From Candidatus Methanomethylicaceae archaeon (GTDB lineage Archaea > Thermoproteota > Methanomethylicia > Methanomethylicales > Methanomethylicaceae), in assembly GCA_025057955.1 (NCBI GenBank), contig JANXER010000005.1:1-63222 (forward strand): a stretch of DNA of 63,222 nucleotides, written 5' to 3'. The notes under the pieces are model-generated. The model was given only the letters and a program-made list of their open reading frames with translations. It was not told where the DNA came from and did no database searches. How positions within the stretch are numbered: position 1 is the stretch's first letter; every line of letters begins with the position of its first letter. The position numbers and the translations under genes were made by a program. Below, piece after piece: positions 1 to 9,432 of this stretch.

Positions 1-1
1 T

Positions 2-1582
2 GGTACTCTCAACAGCTCTAAATTAGTAACATTAAGTGAGACTGGTGCCAATACTGGAATATTCACAGATCACTACACATTATCTATGAGTCCAGATCAA
101 GCATTCATAAATGGCTGGATTAGAGCATCATATGTCGATCCAGCAAGTGGTAAGAATGTAACTGTCACCGCACCATTAGTAGCAACAGATGCCTCAATTT
201 CTGTAGATAAGACAGTAGTTAGAGCTGGAGATAAATTAACAATTACTGTAACAGACGCTGACAGGAACCTTGATTCAAAATCGAAAGATCCTGGAGTATC
301 AATTAGTTATGAATATATAGATGACACTGGTACTAAACAGACAGGAACTTGGACTTTGACTGAGACCGATGTAAATACTGGCAGGTTCACAATATCAAGG
401 ACAATAGGTTCAGATATTAGAGTTAAACCAGGATCTACCATGACCTTCAAATATTCTGAGCTCTCACCATCTTATGTCACTGCAACAGCAGGATATCCAA
501 CAACACCAATTGAGTATACGGCTACAGCTAAAGTAGCAAGTTTCACAGGAAGGCTAACTATAGATAAAACAGAATATGGTCCTGGATCAAAGATGACTGT
601 AACACTAGTTGATCCAGACCTTAACACTGATATTACAACAGTCCAGAGTGGTGTTCTTACATTAAGGGTCTCAGAACTTTCTGACAAACCAATTCCAATC
701 ACTGAAGAAAATGCTAGTAGCTCAGTATTCAATGGCGAATGGACATGGAATGGTGCTGCTTGGGGTCTCACTGTTGATAAATTAATCGGGAGGACTTTCC
801 AAATATTCTATAAAGATGATGCTGATGCTACTGGAAAAGTTGCCTTCATATCAGTGATGGGAAGCATTAAGAGCTGGGATGGAGAGGTATCATTTGATAA
901 AGCTTATTACAACCTAGGTGATATAGCAGTAATAACTATTAAAGATCCAGATGCTAATCTTGATCCAACAAAAATTGAAACAATTACTACTGTAACTGTA
1001 ACATCACCAAGAGATCCAATAGGTCAAACAATTACTTGTACTGAAACTGGTGCTAATACAGGAATATTCGTTGGTAGAATACAAATAGTGGATGCATATG
1101 AAACTGGAAAGATCTTTGCTAGAGTTGGAGATACCGTTACTGCAAAGTACACTGATGAATATCCAGCAGATTATGCCACTACAGGAAAGAAGAAGACATT
1201 TACTGGAACAGCAATTGTTGGTGTGCCAATTGAGAGACCTGTGCCTGCAAGCGATGCTAAATTTGTTGATCCAACAACTGGAGCAGAGAAAGTTACAGCA
1301 AAGGTTGGAGAAACTACAATGTTACAAGCAACTGTTAGAAACGTGGATGTTGTAGATAGACCATTTACAGCAATATTCAAAGTTAAAGATGCTGCTGGTG
1401 TAACAATATTCATAAGCTGGATTACAGGAACAATTGCACCCGGTCAATCACTATCACCTGCAGTTTCATGGACTTCAACAGCGCCTGGAACTTATACCAT
1501 TGAAGTATTAGTAATTAGGTCTATTGCTGAGCCAACGCCATATTCAGATCCAGTCACAAGGACTTTAACAGTAACAAGGTGA
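2..1582 (+). CDS. Cell-envelope / S-layer-like repeat protein, C-terminal part (5' end lies outside the window)
   Basis: The frame is open from nt 2, with no stop before the first ATG at 86, and the upstream residues (LSETGANTGIF) repeat a motif seen later, so the gene is cut by the window edge. It has several roughly 100-aa Thr/Val-rich repeats with D-x-D-x-N-x-D motifs (TVTDADRNLD, LVDPDLNTD, IKDPDANLD) and ETGxNTGxF motifs. The last ~100 aa look like a CARDB-type beta-sandwich. Confidence 0.6.
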   Translation, partial: GTLNSSKLVTLSETGANTGIFTDHYTLSMSPDQAFINGWIRASYVDPASGKNVTVTAPLVATDASISVDKTVVRAGDKLTITVTDADRNLDSKSKDPGVSISYEYIDDTGTKQTGTWTLTETDVNTGRFTISRTIGSDIRVKPGSTMTFKYSELSPSYVTATAGYPTTPIEYTATAKVASFTGRLTIDKTEYGPGSKMTVTLVDPDLNTDITTVQSGVLTLRVSELSDKPIPITEENASSSVFNGEWTWNGAAWGLTVDKLIGRTFQIFYKDDADATGKVAFISVMGSIKSWDGEVSFDKAYYNLGDIAVITIKDPDANLDPTKIETITTVTVTSPRDPIGQTITCTETGANTGIFVGRIQIVDAYETGKIFARVGDTVTAKYTDEYPADYATTGKKKTFTGTAIVGVPIERPVPASDAKFVDPTTGAEKVTAKVGETTMLQATVRNVDVVDRPFTAIFKVKDAAGVTIFISWITGTIAPGQSLSPAVSWTSTAPGTYTIEVLVIRSIAEPTPYSDPVTRTLTVTR

Positions 1583-2514
1583 TGGCAATGAAAGCAAAAA
1601 TCTTTCTTCCTTTTTTCTTATTAATGCTATTAGTGGTTCCAGTTATAGCTCAAACACTAACTGTTACAACTAATGTTGATGTTTATGCTCCAGGAGAAAC
1701 CATAATTGTAACTGGAAGCGCCCTTCCAAATACAGATGTGACAATTCAATTGTTCAATCCAAACAATGAACTAGTGGATATTACATATGTGAGATCAGGA
1801 GCAGACGGTAAATATGCTACTTCCTTTAGACTACCATCAGTAATGCCCATGGATAAATGGATTTTGGGAACTTATACCGTAAAAGCATTTATGGCAGGAC
1901 AATCAGCCACTAAAACTATAACAGTTCAATTGAGGATTGCTGTTATTGGAAAAGTTGTTGATTCTACTGGAGCTGGAGTTCCAGATGCTACAGTTACAAT
2001 AGGCACAGTCTCTGCTACAACAGGAGCAGATGGAAGCTTCACAGTGGCGCTTACAGCAGAGGGAAGATATGTGATGAAAGTGACTAAGACTGGATATTAT
2101 ACATATACTGCTAATGTTACTGCAGCCATAGGTACAACCAATGTTGGAACCATAACACTTACAAGCCTTGAGGATGTTATTGCAAGCCTTCAGAAGCAAG
2201 TGAGCGATTTAACTAAGCAAGTGAGCGATTTGAATTCATTAGTAATTAGATTGAATTCATCATTAGCTGCAGCCACAAGTGAAATAGCAACCCTTAAGGA
2301 TCAAGTTAGAACACTTCAAGGAATAGCAACAACAGTTTCAGATCTTCAAAGGGCTGCCTCAAGCCTTGATGCAAGTGTTAAGACTTTACAAACCACAGTT
2401 ACATCCCTTCAAGCTGCCATAGCACAATTGCCAGCCTTCTATGCATTAGCATTCATTGGCATAGTAATAGCTATTATAGCAATAATACTTGTATACAGGA
2501 AAATAGCTAAATAA
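1579..2514 (+). CDS. SlaB-like membrane anchor protein: signal peptide, beta-sandwich plus carboxypeptidase-regulatory-like domain, coiled coil, C-terminal TM helix
   Basis: The ATGA start/stop overlaps the upstream envelope gene. It has an N-terminal hydrophobic signal (FLPFFLLMLLVVPVIA) and a VIGKVVDSTGAGVPDATVTIG...GSF...GYY segment typical of the CarboxypepD_reg fold. A ~90-aa heptad-like Leu/Val/Gln/Ser-rich stretch follows (QKQVSDLTKQVSDLNS...), then a C-terminal TM helix (FYALAFIGIVIAIIAIILVY) and a basic tail (RKIAK). Confidence 0.55.
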   Translation: MMAMKAKIFLPFFLLMLLVVPVIAQTLTVTTNVDVYAPGETIIVTGSALPNTDVTIQLFNPNNELVDITYVRSGADGKYATSFRLPSVMPMDKWILGTYTVKAFMAGQSATKTITVQLRIAVIGKVVDSTGAGVPDATVTIGTVSATTGADGSFTVALTAEGRYVMKVTKTGYYTYTANVTAAIGTTNVGTITLTSLEDVIASLQKQVSDLTKQVSDLNSLVIRLNSSLAAATSEIATLKDQVRTLQGIATTVSDLQRAASSLDASVKTLQTTVTSLQAAIAQLPAFYALAFIGIVIAIIAIILVYRKIAK

Positions 2515-2516
2515 TA

Positions 2517-2530
2517 TTTTTTCTTTTTTT
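2517..2530 (+). terminator. Oligo-T tract (T6 C T7) immediately after the envelope operon
   Basis: The sequence ttttttcttttttt starts 3 nt after the stop at 2514. Oligo-T runs are the usual archaeal intrinsic termination signal. Confidence 0.4.
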
Positions 2531-2532
2531 AG

Positions 2533-3213
2533 TTAATTTCTCTTGCTTAACTTCTTAAATCCCTCTTTATTTCCAACGTATACTACATCCACCATATCCA
2601 TAAATAATCCAACTTCCACTACGCCTGGAATAATTTTCAACTTTACTTCTAAATCTCTTTCAATCTTTTCAAACCTTGCATCTATTATGAAATTTCCATT
2701 ATCCGTTATTATTGGGCCATCCTTTCTATCTCCTCCATCTCTAAGCACAGCCTTTCCTCCAAGCCTCTCTACAGCTTTAGCAACCTTTTTCCAAGCCATA
2801 GGTATGACTTCAATTGGAACAGCACATCTCTCTCCTAATCTTTTCACAAGCTTAGAGCTATCAACTATTACCACAAACTTTTTAGCTGAGGAATCCACTA
2901 TTTTCTCTCTAGTTAAAGCCGCCCCCCCGCCTTTTATTAAATTCAATTCAGAATCCACTTCATCAGCTCCATCCACAGCTAAATCAATTTCTGGATATTC
3001 CTCTAAGCTTGTTAGCTCAATTCCATTTTCCATAGCAATATAAGCTGATTGATAGGATGTAGGTATGGCTTTTATTTTAATTCCTTCGTTTCTTATTTTC
3101 TCTCCCAATAGCCTTATGAAAATTGCCACAGTGGATCCTGTTCCTATTCCAACTATAAATCCATCCTTAATTTCATCTAGAGCAGCTTTTGCAGCATTAA
3201 TTTTCTCAATCAT
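2533..3213 (-). CDS. rpiA: Ribose-5-phosphate isomerase A
   Basis: It carries the RpiA motifs GIGTGSTV, DGADEVD and KGGGAALTREKIV at a typical length (226 aa). Confidence 0.9.
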   Translation of the reverse strand: MIEKINAAKAALDEIKDGFIVGIGTGSTVAIFIRLLGEKIRNEGIKIKAIPTSYQSAYIAMENGIELTSLEEYPEIDLAVDGADEVDSELNLIKGGGAALTREKIVDSSAKKFVVIVDSSKLVKRLGERCAVPIEVIPMAWKKVAKAVERLGGKAVLRDGGDRKDGPIITDNGNFIIDARFEKIERDLEVKLKIIPGVVEVGLFMDMVDVVYVGNKEGFKKLSKRN

Positions 3214-3255
3214 GGAAACACCACATATATATTCTTGAAAATAATTTTGAGCTTT

Positions 3256-4083
3256 ATGAAGAAATATACTTTATTATTTGCAATTTTCTTTTGGGGTGCA
3301 TCTTTTATATTTGTTAAAATTGGGCTTGAGGAAGTTCCTCCCATAAATCTTGCTCTTTTTAGATCGGCCACAGCTCTTCCAATTCTCTTTATTATTTCTG
3401 GATTTAGAAGAATTAAGAAAGAGTTTCTTCTGCTTGGTCTCATGGGAATAACTGGTTATCATTTATTTCAAAATTTGGGAATGATGAGCACTGGAGCAGC
3501 TGAGGCTAGTATAATAATTGCATCCAATCCAATTTTCATAGCAATTTTCAGTAGATTAATATTGAAGGAGAGGATTACTATAATTGAAGCATTGGGAATT
3601 GCCTTGGCATTTTTAGGAGTATTTATAATAATATTAAGAGAGGGCATGGGAAAAGGATCTTTTATTGGAAATTTACTTTGTTTAGGCTCGGTTTTCAGTT
3701 GGGTTGGTTACTCCATATATGGAAAAATTAAGCTTAGAAATTCAAATGCAAATGAAATAACTGCTTATTCCACTCTTTTTGGAACTATTTTTCTATTGCC
3801 AATAGCAATTGTGCTTGAGGGCATAGTAATTCCAAAATCCACAATGGCATGGATTTCAATAATTGCACTGGGAATTTTTTGCTCTGGATTAGCTTATCTA
3901 TTCTGGTATAAAGCGCTTGAAGATATGGATGTTTCAAAAGCAGGATTTTATTTATTTCTCATACCTGTGATATCCTCAATATTGGCTTTCTTCATATTAG
4001 GAGAGAGATTGGATTTTAAGTTTATAATAGGGGCCTTTCTTGTGATAATTGGTTTAATTCTTTCATCGAGGAGGAATTTTTGA
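3256..4083 (+). CDS. EamA/DMT-family transporter
   Basis: It has about 10 predicted TM helices in two EamA-like halves. I prefer the ATG at 3256 (MKKYTLLF) over the TTG at 3235 given in the track. Confidence 0.7.
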   Translation: MKKYTLLFAIFFWGASFIFVKIGLEEVPPINLALFRSATALPILFIISGFRRIKKEFLLLGLMGITGYHLFQNLGMMSTGAAEASIIIASNPIFIAIFSRLILKERITIIEALGIALAFLGVFIIILREGMGKGSFIGNLLCLGSVFSWVGYSIYGKIKLRNSNANEITAYSTLFGTIFLLPIAIVLEGIVIPKSTMAWISIIALGIFCSGLAYLFWYKALEDMDVSKAGFYLFLIPVISSILAFFILGERLDFKFIIGAFLVIIGLILSSRRNF

Positions 4084-4203
4084 ATAAGTCTTAATAATGC
4101 CTTGATTATATATAATTATTTATAAATTATTTATAATATGATTATAATTATATTGTTATTATTAATTAATAATTAAAAATTAAGAATTATTAAAAAGCTT
4201 ATT

Positions 4204-4280
4204 TGGAGCCCCAGAGGGGCTTTGAACCCCTGACCAACGGTTTACGAGACCGTCGCTCTACCGGGCTGAGCTACTGGGGC
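4204..4280 (-). tRNA. tRNA-Thr (anticodon CGU), CCA encoded
   Basis: The reverse complement folds as GCCCCAG-UA-GCUC..GAGC-G-ACGGU-CUCGUAA-ACCGU-UGGUC-AGGGG-UUCAAAG-CCCCU-CUGGGGC-U-CCA. All four stems pair. Confidence 0.9.
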
Positions 4281-4359
4281 CTTCAAAATTCTTTGAAATA
4301 ATTTTAAATAAATTCTTTTCCAAAATATGCTTTTATTTTCCAAAGGAAAATCATAATAT

Positions 4360-5346
4360 ATGCGAGTATCAGATCTCGGTGAGAGAAAAATCATAGATCT
4401 CATATGGTCTATAATGGAAAGGGATGGACATCTATTAAATCAAATAATGCCCCCTCCCGATGATGCATCTGCTATAGCCATGGATGATAAATATTTTATT
4501 CTTAAAACAGATATGTTTGTAAAAATGACTGATGCTCCTAAGGGTATGAAGCCGGAGCACATGGGCTCAAAGGTTGTTACAATGAATGTAAGCGATCTTG
4601 CAGCAAAAGGAGCTAGACCAATAGCATTAATGCTCTCTCTGGGCTTACCCAAGAGATATTCCATTAAAGATCTTGAAAGGCTTATAGCTGGAATAAGTAG
4701 AAAAGCTAAAGATTATGGCATTAAAGTATTGGGAGGGGATGTTGGAGAGGCTAAGGATTTAATAATATGTGGATTTTTGCTTGGAATTACCAAAAGGCTT
4801 ATTAAAAGATCAGGGGCTTCTCCAGGAGATGTTATAGCTACTACTGGAAGCTTTGGAGATACTGCTGCTGCATATAAGATATTATTGGAAGGATATAAAG
4901 CTCCAAGAAAATTGAGAAAAGCCCTCTGTGAAAAAGTTTACAATCCAATAGCAAGATTAGACTTGGGAATTGCATTAGCAGAATCTGGAGTTGTAACCTC
5001 AAGCATGGATTCAAGCGATGGATTGGCATTTACATTAAATGAGCTTTCAAAATCAAATAATCTATGCTTTAAAATATTTGATATTCCTATATCAAATGAA
5101 GCCATGGAGTTTGCTCATCTCCACTCCTTAAATCCAATGGATCTTGCGCTTTATGGAGGAGAGGAGTATGAGCTTATTCTCACAATAAAAAGGGATGAAT
5201 GGAATAGAGCTATGGAGATTGCTAAAGGAATTGGATGTAATTTAATAAAAATTGGTGAAGTTGAAGCTGGAAGAGGTGTTGTATTAATAAAAGGTAATAG
5301 AGAAATCGTAATTCCATCTAAGGGATGGGAGCATTTGAAGCCATGA
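4360..5346 (+). CDS. thiL: Thiamine-monophosphate kinase
   Basis: It shows an AIR-synthase-related fold signature: GERKIIDLI, DDASAI, KTDMFV and NVSDLAAKGARP at a typical ThiL length. Confidence 0.8.
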   Translation: MRVSDLGERKIIDLIWSIMERDGHLLNQIMPPPDDASAIAMDDKYFILKTDMFVKMTDAPKGMKPEHMGSKVVTMNVSDLAAKGARPIALMLSLGLPKRYSIKDLERLIAGISRKAKDYGIKVLGGDVGEAKDLIICGFLLGITKRLIKRSGASPGDVIATTGSFGDTAAAYKILLEGYKAPRKLRKALCEKVYNPIARLDLGIALAESGVVTSSMDSSDGLAFTLNELSKSNNLCFKIFDIPISNEAMEFAHLHSLNPMDLALYGGEEYELILTIKRDEWNRAMEIAKGIGCNLIKIGEVEAGRGVVLIKGNREIVIPSKGWEHLKP

Positions 5347-7040
5347 GAGCTTTAATAATAGATGGATATACTGATGAACCTGCGGGATTAGGAGTTCCTC
5401 CATATATAGATGTTTATCCTAGATATATTGCAGGAGCCATTTGGAGCTTTAATCCTCATGCAGAAATAATTTATATGACAATAGATGCTGTTAGAAGAGA
5501 TTTAAATAAATTGAAGCAAATATCCTCTAAATGTGAAATTTCAATATTAATTGCTGGTGTTACAGTTCCAGGAAAGTATCTAGGCGGAAATCCCGCTGGT
5601 TTAAAGGATGTTATGAAGCTTCCAATATATTTGAAATCCAAGCATACCATATTTTGTGGTCCTGCTGCTAGGTTTGGTTTTGCAAAGGGAGGAGGTAGCA
5701 TAGCACATATTCCAAAGGAGTTGAATTCAATATATGATTTTGTAATAGAAGGAGATTCAGAAGTTGTAATATATGAGCTATTGAAGAATAATTTTTATGG
5801 CGTGGATTTAAACCTCATTAGAGATTCCTCTGATTCCATAAATGAATATGCCATAAGAGGAGCTAAAATAATACAACAGCATCCCTATTATCCTGATGGA
5901 TTAATTTGTGAAATAGAGACCTTTAGAGGTTGTCCAAGATCTATTACAGGAGGATGTTCATTTTGCATAGAGCCATTATATGGAATTCCAGATTTTAGAA
6001 GCATAGATGGCATTGTTAAAGAGATTGAAGCCTTAAGCTTTTTTGGAGCTAAAAACTTCAGATTGGGAAGACAGCCAGATATTCTAATATATGGAAGCGA
6101 GGATTATTGTCCCTCTCCATCAATAATGGAAAAATTATTCTCCTCCATAAGGGCTGTTGCCTCAAACCTTAAAGTTCTACATATAGATAATGTAAATCCC
6201 TCCACTATATATGCTCATCCTGAGGAATCAGAAAAAGTTCTTAAAATTATAGTGAAATATCATACCCCAGGGGATGTAGCAGCCCTTGGAATAGAATCAG
6301 TGGATGAAGAAGTAATAAAGAGAAATAATCTTAAAATCGATCCAGAGGGGGCAATGTTCGCCATAGAGCTTATAAATAAAATAGGCTCTGAAAGAGGGGA
6401 AAATGGCCTACCGCATTTATTGCCAGGGGTGAACTTTGTATATGGGCTTGCTGGTGAAACAGAGAAAACATTTGAGAGAAACTTTGAATTTATGAGGGAA
6501 GTATTGAATAGAGGATTAATGGTTAGAAGAATAAACCTCAGACAAGTGATGATTCTTCCATATACTAGAATGCGGTCCATTGGAAGCTATTTAGTTAAAA
6601 AGCATAGGAGATTATTTCTAGAGCATAAAAATAAAATGAGAAGAGAAATCGATCTTCCAATGATGAAAAGAATTTTGCCTGAATATACTGTAATGAAAGA
6701 TGTGAGAACTGAGGCCATAGAGGGAAATATAACTTGGGCTAGACAAATAGGCTCTTATCCAATATTGGTTGGAATACCCAGAAGAATTACCTTGGGAATT
6801 TTTTTAGATGTTTTGGTTTTAACTCATGGTCCTAGATCAGTAAGCGCCATTCCCATACCCATAAATATTAATTTATTAACAATGAGGGAATTAAAAGCCA
6901 TTCCTGGCATAGGAAGTAAAAGAGCAGCCTCAATAATTAAAAATAGACCATTTCATGGAATTGAGGATATTAAAGCTTGTCTTGATGATCCCTCAATAGT
7001 GGAAAAATTAATTCCCTTCTTGGAATTTAATAAAATATAA
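5343..7040 (+). CDS. Radical SAM protein with C-terminal helix-hairpin-helix motif
   Basis: A CxxxCxxC-like cluster (FRGCPRSITGGCSFC) lies in a radical SAM core, and the C-terminus has LKAIPGIGSKRAASII (HhH). The ATG at 5343 overlaps the thiL stop (ATGA); the track start at 5325 is also possible. Confidence 0.7.
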   Translation: MRALIIDGYTDEPAGLGVPPYIDVYPRYIAGAIWSFNPHAEIIYMTIDAVRRDLNKLKQISSKCEISILIAGVTVPGKYLGGNPAGLKDVMKLPIYLKSKHTIFCGPAARFGFAKGGGSIAHIPKELNSIYDFVIEGDSEVVIYELLKNNFYGVDLNLIRDSSDSINEYAIRGAKIIQQHPYYPDGLICEIETFRGCPRSITGGCSFCIEPLYGIPDFRSIDGIVKEIEALSFFGAKNFRLGRQPDILIYGSEDYCPSPSIMEKLFSSIRAVASNLKVLHIDNVNPSTIYAHPEESEKVLKIIVKYHTPGDVAALGIESVDEEVIKRNNLKIDPEGAMFAIELINKIGSERGENGLPHLLPGVNFVYGLAGETEKTFERNFEFMREVLNRGLMVRRINLRQVMILPYTRMRSIGSYLVKKHRRLFLEHKNKMRREIDLPMMKRILPEYTVMKDVRTEAIEGNITWARQIGSYPILVGIPRRITLGIFLDVLVLTHGPRSVSAIPIPININLLTMRELKAIPGIGSKRAASIIKNRPFHGIEDIKACLDDPSIVEKLIPFLEFNKI

Positions 7041-7066
7041 ATAATAATAGAAGCTCCATATTCCTA

Positions 7067-7798
7067 ATGGATCTCAATCACATTATATTTGGATTAATAC
7101 AAGGTGCTACAGAATGGCTACCAATATCAAGCTCGGGCCATCTTTTAATATTTAAACATTTTATGAAATTGGATTTCACCATAGAATTTTTCATAGCAGT
7201 TCATTTGGGAACACTCTTCTCAGTTATTATATATTTTAGGAGGGAGATTTTAGAAATATTAAAATCAATTAAGGATTCAAAAAGCGAAGGATTTAAGCTA
7301 TTGATATACATATTGATTGGAAATTTAGTTACAGCTGTTATAGCCTTAACATTTGAGGAATATTTTGAGAGGTTGTTTTCAGAGATAAGCACCTTGCCTT
7401 ATGCATTTATCGCCTCTGGTATATTGATTTTATTATCTTGGAGAAGAAAAGGAAATTATGGAATTGATTTGAAAAGAGCCATAGTTATAGGGGCTTTTCA
7501 AGGAATTTCCATAATACCTGGAATCTCAAGAAGTGGAGCAACTATATCCTCAGCCCTTATTCTTGGAGTTAAAGCTGAAGAAGCCTTTAAGTTTTCCTTT
7601 CTTCTTTCCATTCCTGCTATAATTGGAGCTAATATTTTTAAAATATGGAATATGAGTTCATTGATAATCATTCCTATGATATCGGCTTTTTTAAGCGGTT
7701 ATATAGCTATATACATAGTTAGAAAAACATTGAAAAGATTTCATTTATTTTCAATATATTGTTTTTTAATTGGAATAATTATTTGGATTTTAAAATGA
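7067..7798 (+). CDS. uppP: Undecaprenyl-diphosphate phosphatase (BacA/UppP family)
   Basis: It carries the EWLPISSSGHL and PGISRSGATI motifs in a polytopic membrane protein. Confidence 0.85.
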   Translation: MDLNHIIFGLIQGATEWLPISSSGHLLIFKHFMKLDFTIEFFIAVHLGTLFSVIIYFRREILEILKSIKDSKSEGFKLLIYILIGNLVTAVIALTFEEYFERLFSEISTLPYAFIASGILILLSWRRKGNYGIDLKRAIVIGAFQGISIIPGISRSGATISSALILGVKAEEAFKFSFLLSIPAIIGANIFKIWNMSSLIIIPMISAFLSGYIAIYIVRKTLKRFHLFSIYCFLIGIIIWILK

Positions 7799-7802
7799 AG
7801 AA

Positions 7803-7896
7803 TGGCGGGCCTGAAGGGATTTGAACCCTTGACCAGTGGGTTAAGAGCCTCGGCCGCTTAAGCGTCCACCGCTCTACCGTACTGAGCTACAGGCCC
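7803..7896 (-). tRNA. tRNA-Lys (anticodon CUU) with a 17-nt intron in the anticodon stem, CCA encoded
   Basis: The reverse complement is GGGCCUG-UA-GCUC-AGUACGGUA-GAGC-G-GUGG[ACGCUUAAGCGGCCGAG]G-CUCUUAA-CCCAC-UGGUC-AAGGG-UUCAAAU-CCCUU-CAGGCCC-G-CCA. Removing the bracketed segment restores a 5-bp anticodon stem and a loop with U33. Confidence 0.85.
7849..7865 (-). other. tRNA-Lys intron (position 30/31) inside a full hBHBh' splicing motif
   Basis: The outer helix is AGAG/CUCU and the central 4-bp helix is CGGU/GCCG. It is flanked by 3-nt bulges GG|A and AG|G on opposite strands, and the inner hairpin is CGC-UUAA-GCG. Confidence 0.75.
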
Positions 7897-7962
7897 TAAG
7901 ATTTTGATATATGAGCAAAAATTTAAGAATTACTCATGATAGCATGAAATTTTGGAGAAACT

Positions 7963-8751
7963 ATGGGATCATTGAATTTTATAGGATTGGGAACTTATGA
8001 TGAAAAGGGAATGACATTATATGGACTTGAGCTTGCGAGAAATTGTGAAATTATATTTTTAGAGCATTATACAAGCCTTATGCCATATCTCAATTTAGAG
8101 AGCTTGGAGCGAATTATAGGAAAAAAAATCATAATCATTGATAGAAAATACCTTGAGGATGGAAGTGCTATATTAAGAAATGCCATGGAAAAGGATGTGG
8201 CCATTCTCATACCTGGAGATCCATTCATAGCTACAACTCATATAGATTTAAGAATAAGAGCTGAAAAGCAGAATATAAAGGTTAGAGTGGCTCATGCTCC
8301 ATCCATAATATCCATAGTTCCAGGGGAGACGGGACTACAAAATTATAAATTTGGTAAATCAGCTACAATAACTTTTCCTGATAATTATTCTGAAGTTCCT
8401 TATGATACATTGAAGCAGAATCTATCCCTTGGTTTACATACTCTTCTCTTTTTAGATATTAAAGTGGATGAAGGAAAATATATGACTGCTAATGATGGAA
8501 TGGCAATTCTAATGGAAATTGAGAATAGAAGAAAAGAGGGAATTATAAAATCAAATACTTTAGTTATAGGAATTGCAAGAGCAGGAGGTCCAAATCAATT
8601 GATAAAGGGAGATGTAATTGAAAAATTGATATGTTTTGATTTTGGCCCTCCTCCACATTGCTTAGTATTTCCAGGGAGATTACATTTCATGGAAGCAGAG
8701 GCTCTTGTTATGCTGGCTAAAGTTGATAGAGAATTACTTAAGGTGATTTAA
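7963..8751 (+). CDS. dphB: Diphthine synthase
   Basis: It has a tetrapyrrole-methylase-fold N-terminus (LNFIGLGTYDEKGMTLYGLE), then EHYTS and GDPFIATTH, and is 262 aa. Confidence 0.85.
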   Translation: MGSLNFIGLGTYDEKGMTLYGLELARNCEIIFLEHYTSLMPYLNLESLERIIGKKIIIIDRKYLEDGSAILRNAMEKDVAILIPGDPFIATTHIDLRIRAEKQNIKVRVAHAPSIISIVPGETGLQNYKFGKSATITFPDNYSEVPYDTLKQNLSLGLHTLLFLDIKVDEGKYMTANDGMAILMEIENRRKEGIIKSNTLVIGIARAGGPNQLIKGDVIEKLICFDFGPPPHCLVFPGRLHFMEAEALVMLAKVDRELLKVI

Positions 8752-8752
8752 T

Positions 8753-9010
8753 ATGGAAGAGGCAGCTAAAAGATTAGAACGCTATATAAAAAATACGGAA
8801 GAGTTGTTTACTAAAATTAAAATATTTATGCCAGAGGATGCCTCAATTGCCTCAGCTTTAAAATATAATATATCGCTTTCCAAGCAATATCTCGAGGATG
8901 CTAAATATTATTTCAAAAATGGAGATTATATTACAGGAATAGTTTGTATAGCCTATTGTGAAGGAATATTAGATGCTTGTAGAAATTTTGGTTGGATTAG
9001 GTGGGATTGA
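8753..9010 (+). CDS. DUF357-family protein
   Basis: This is a small helical protein with SKQYLEDAKYYFKNGDY...AYCEGILDA. It sits directly upstream of ribL, as is common in archaea. Confidence 0.6.
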   Translation: MEEAAKRLERYIKNTEELFTKIKIFMPEDASIASALKYNISLSKQYLEDAKYYFKNGDYITGIVCIAYCEGILDACRNFGWIRWD

Positions 9011-9432
9011 TGGGAAAAAAAGTATTGGCCTCAGGGTGCTTTGATTTAATTCATTATGGTCACTTGAGGTATTTAGAAGAGGCGAAAAAACTTGGAGGAG
9101 AAGGGGCTGAGCTTATAGTAGTAGTAGCTAGAGATTCCACAATAATCAAAAGAAAAGGCCATCCTCCAATAATGAATGAAAATCATAGAAGAGCACTTGT
9201 TGAAGCTCTTAAGCCAGTGGATAAAGCTATACTTGGTAAGGAGAATTTCGATATCATTTCCATTATAAATGAAGTGAAGCCAGATATAATAGCATTGGGA
9301 TATGATCAAGGGGATTTGGAAGAACTATTGCTCAATCTTGGAATTAAAGTTATTAAATTGGAAAAATATGGAAATATAAGCTCCTCTATTATAAGAGAGA
9401 GAATAAAATCAGAGGATAAAAGCTTCATATAA
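9010..9432 (+). CDS. ribL: FAD synthase (archaeal FMN adenylyltransferase, cytidylyltransferase fold)
   Basis: It carries the GCFDLIHYGHLRYLEEAKKLG nucleotidyltransferase motif and is about 140 aa. The ATG at 9010 overlaps the upstream stop; the track start is GTG at 9001. Confidence 0.75.
   Translation: MGKKVLASGCFDLIHYGHLRYLEEAKKLGGEGAELIVVVARDSTIIKRKGHPPIMNENHRRALVEALKPVDKAILGKENFDIISIINEVKPDIIALGYDQGDLEELLLNLGIKVIKLEKYGNISSSIIRERIKSEDKSFI

Noticed and set aside
4115-4136. An 11-bp tandem duplication (attatttataa x2) and other short A/T repeats lie in the 4084-4203 spacer.
   Set aside because: This is pure A/T low-complexity sequence in a divergent or terminator spacer. It probably reflects TATA-like sequence or slippage and is not a structured repeat element.
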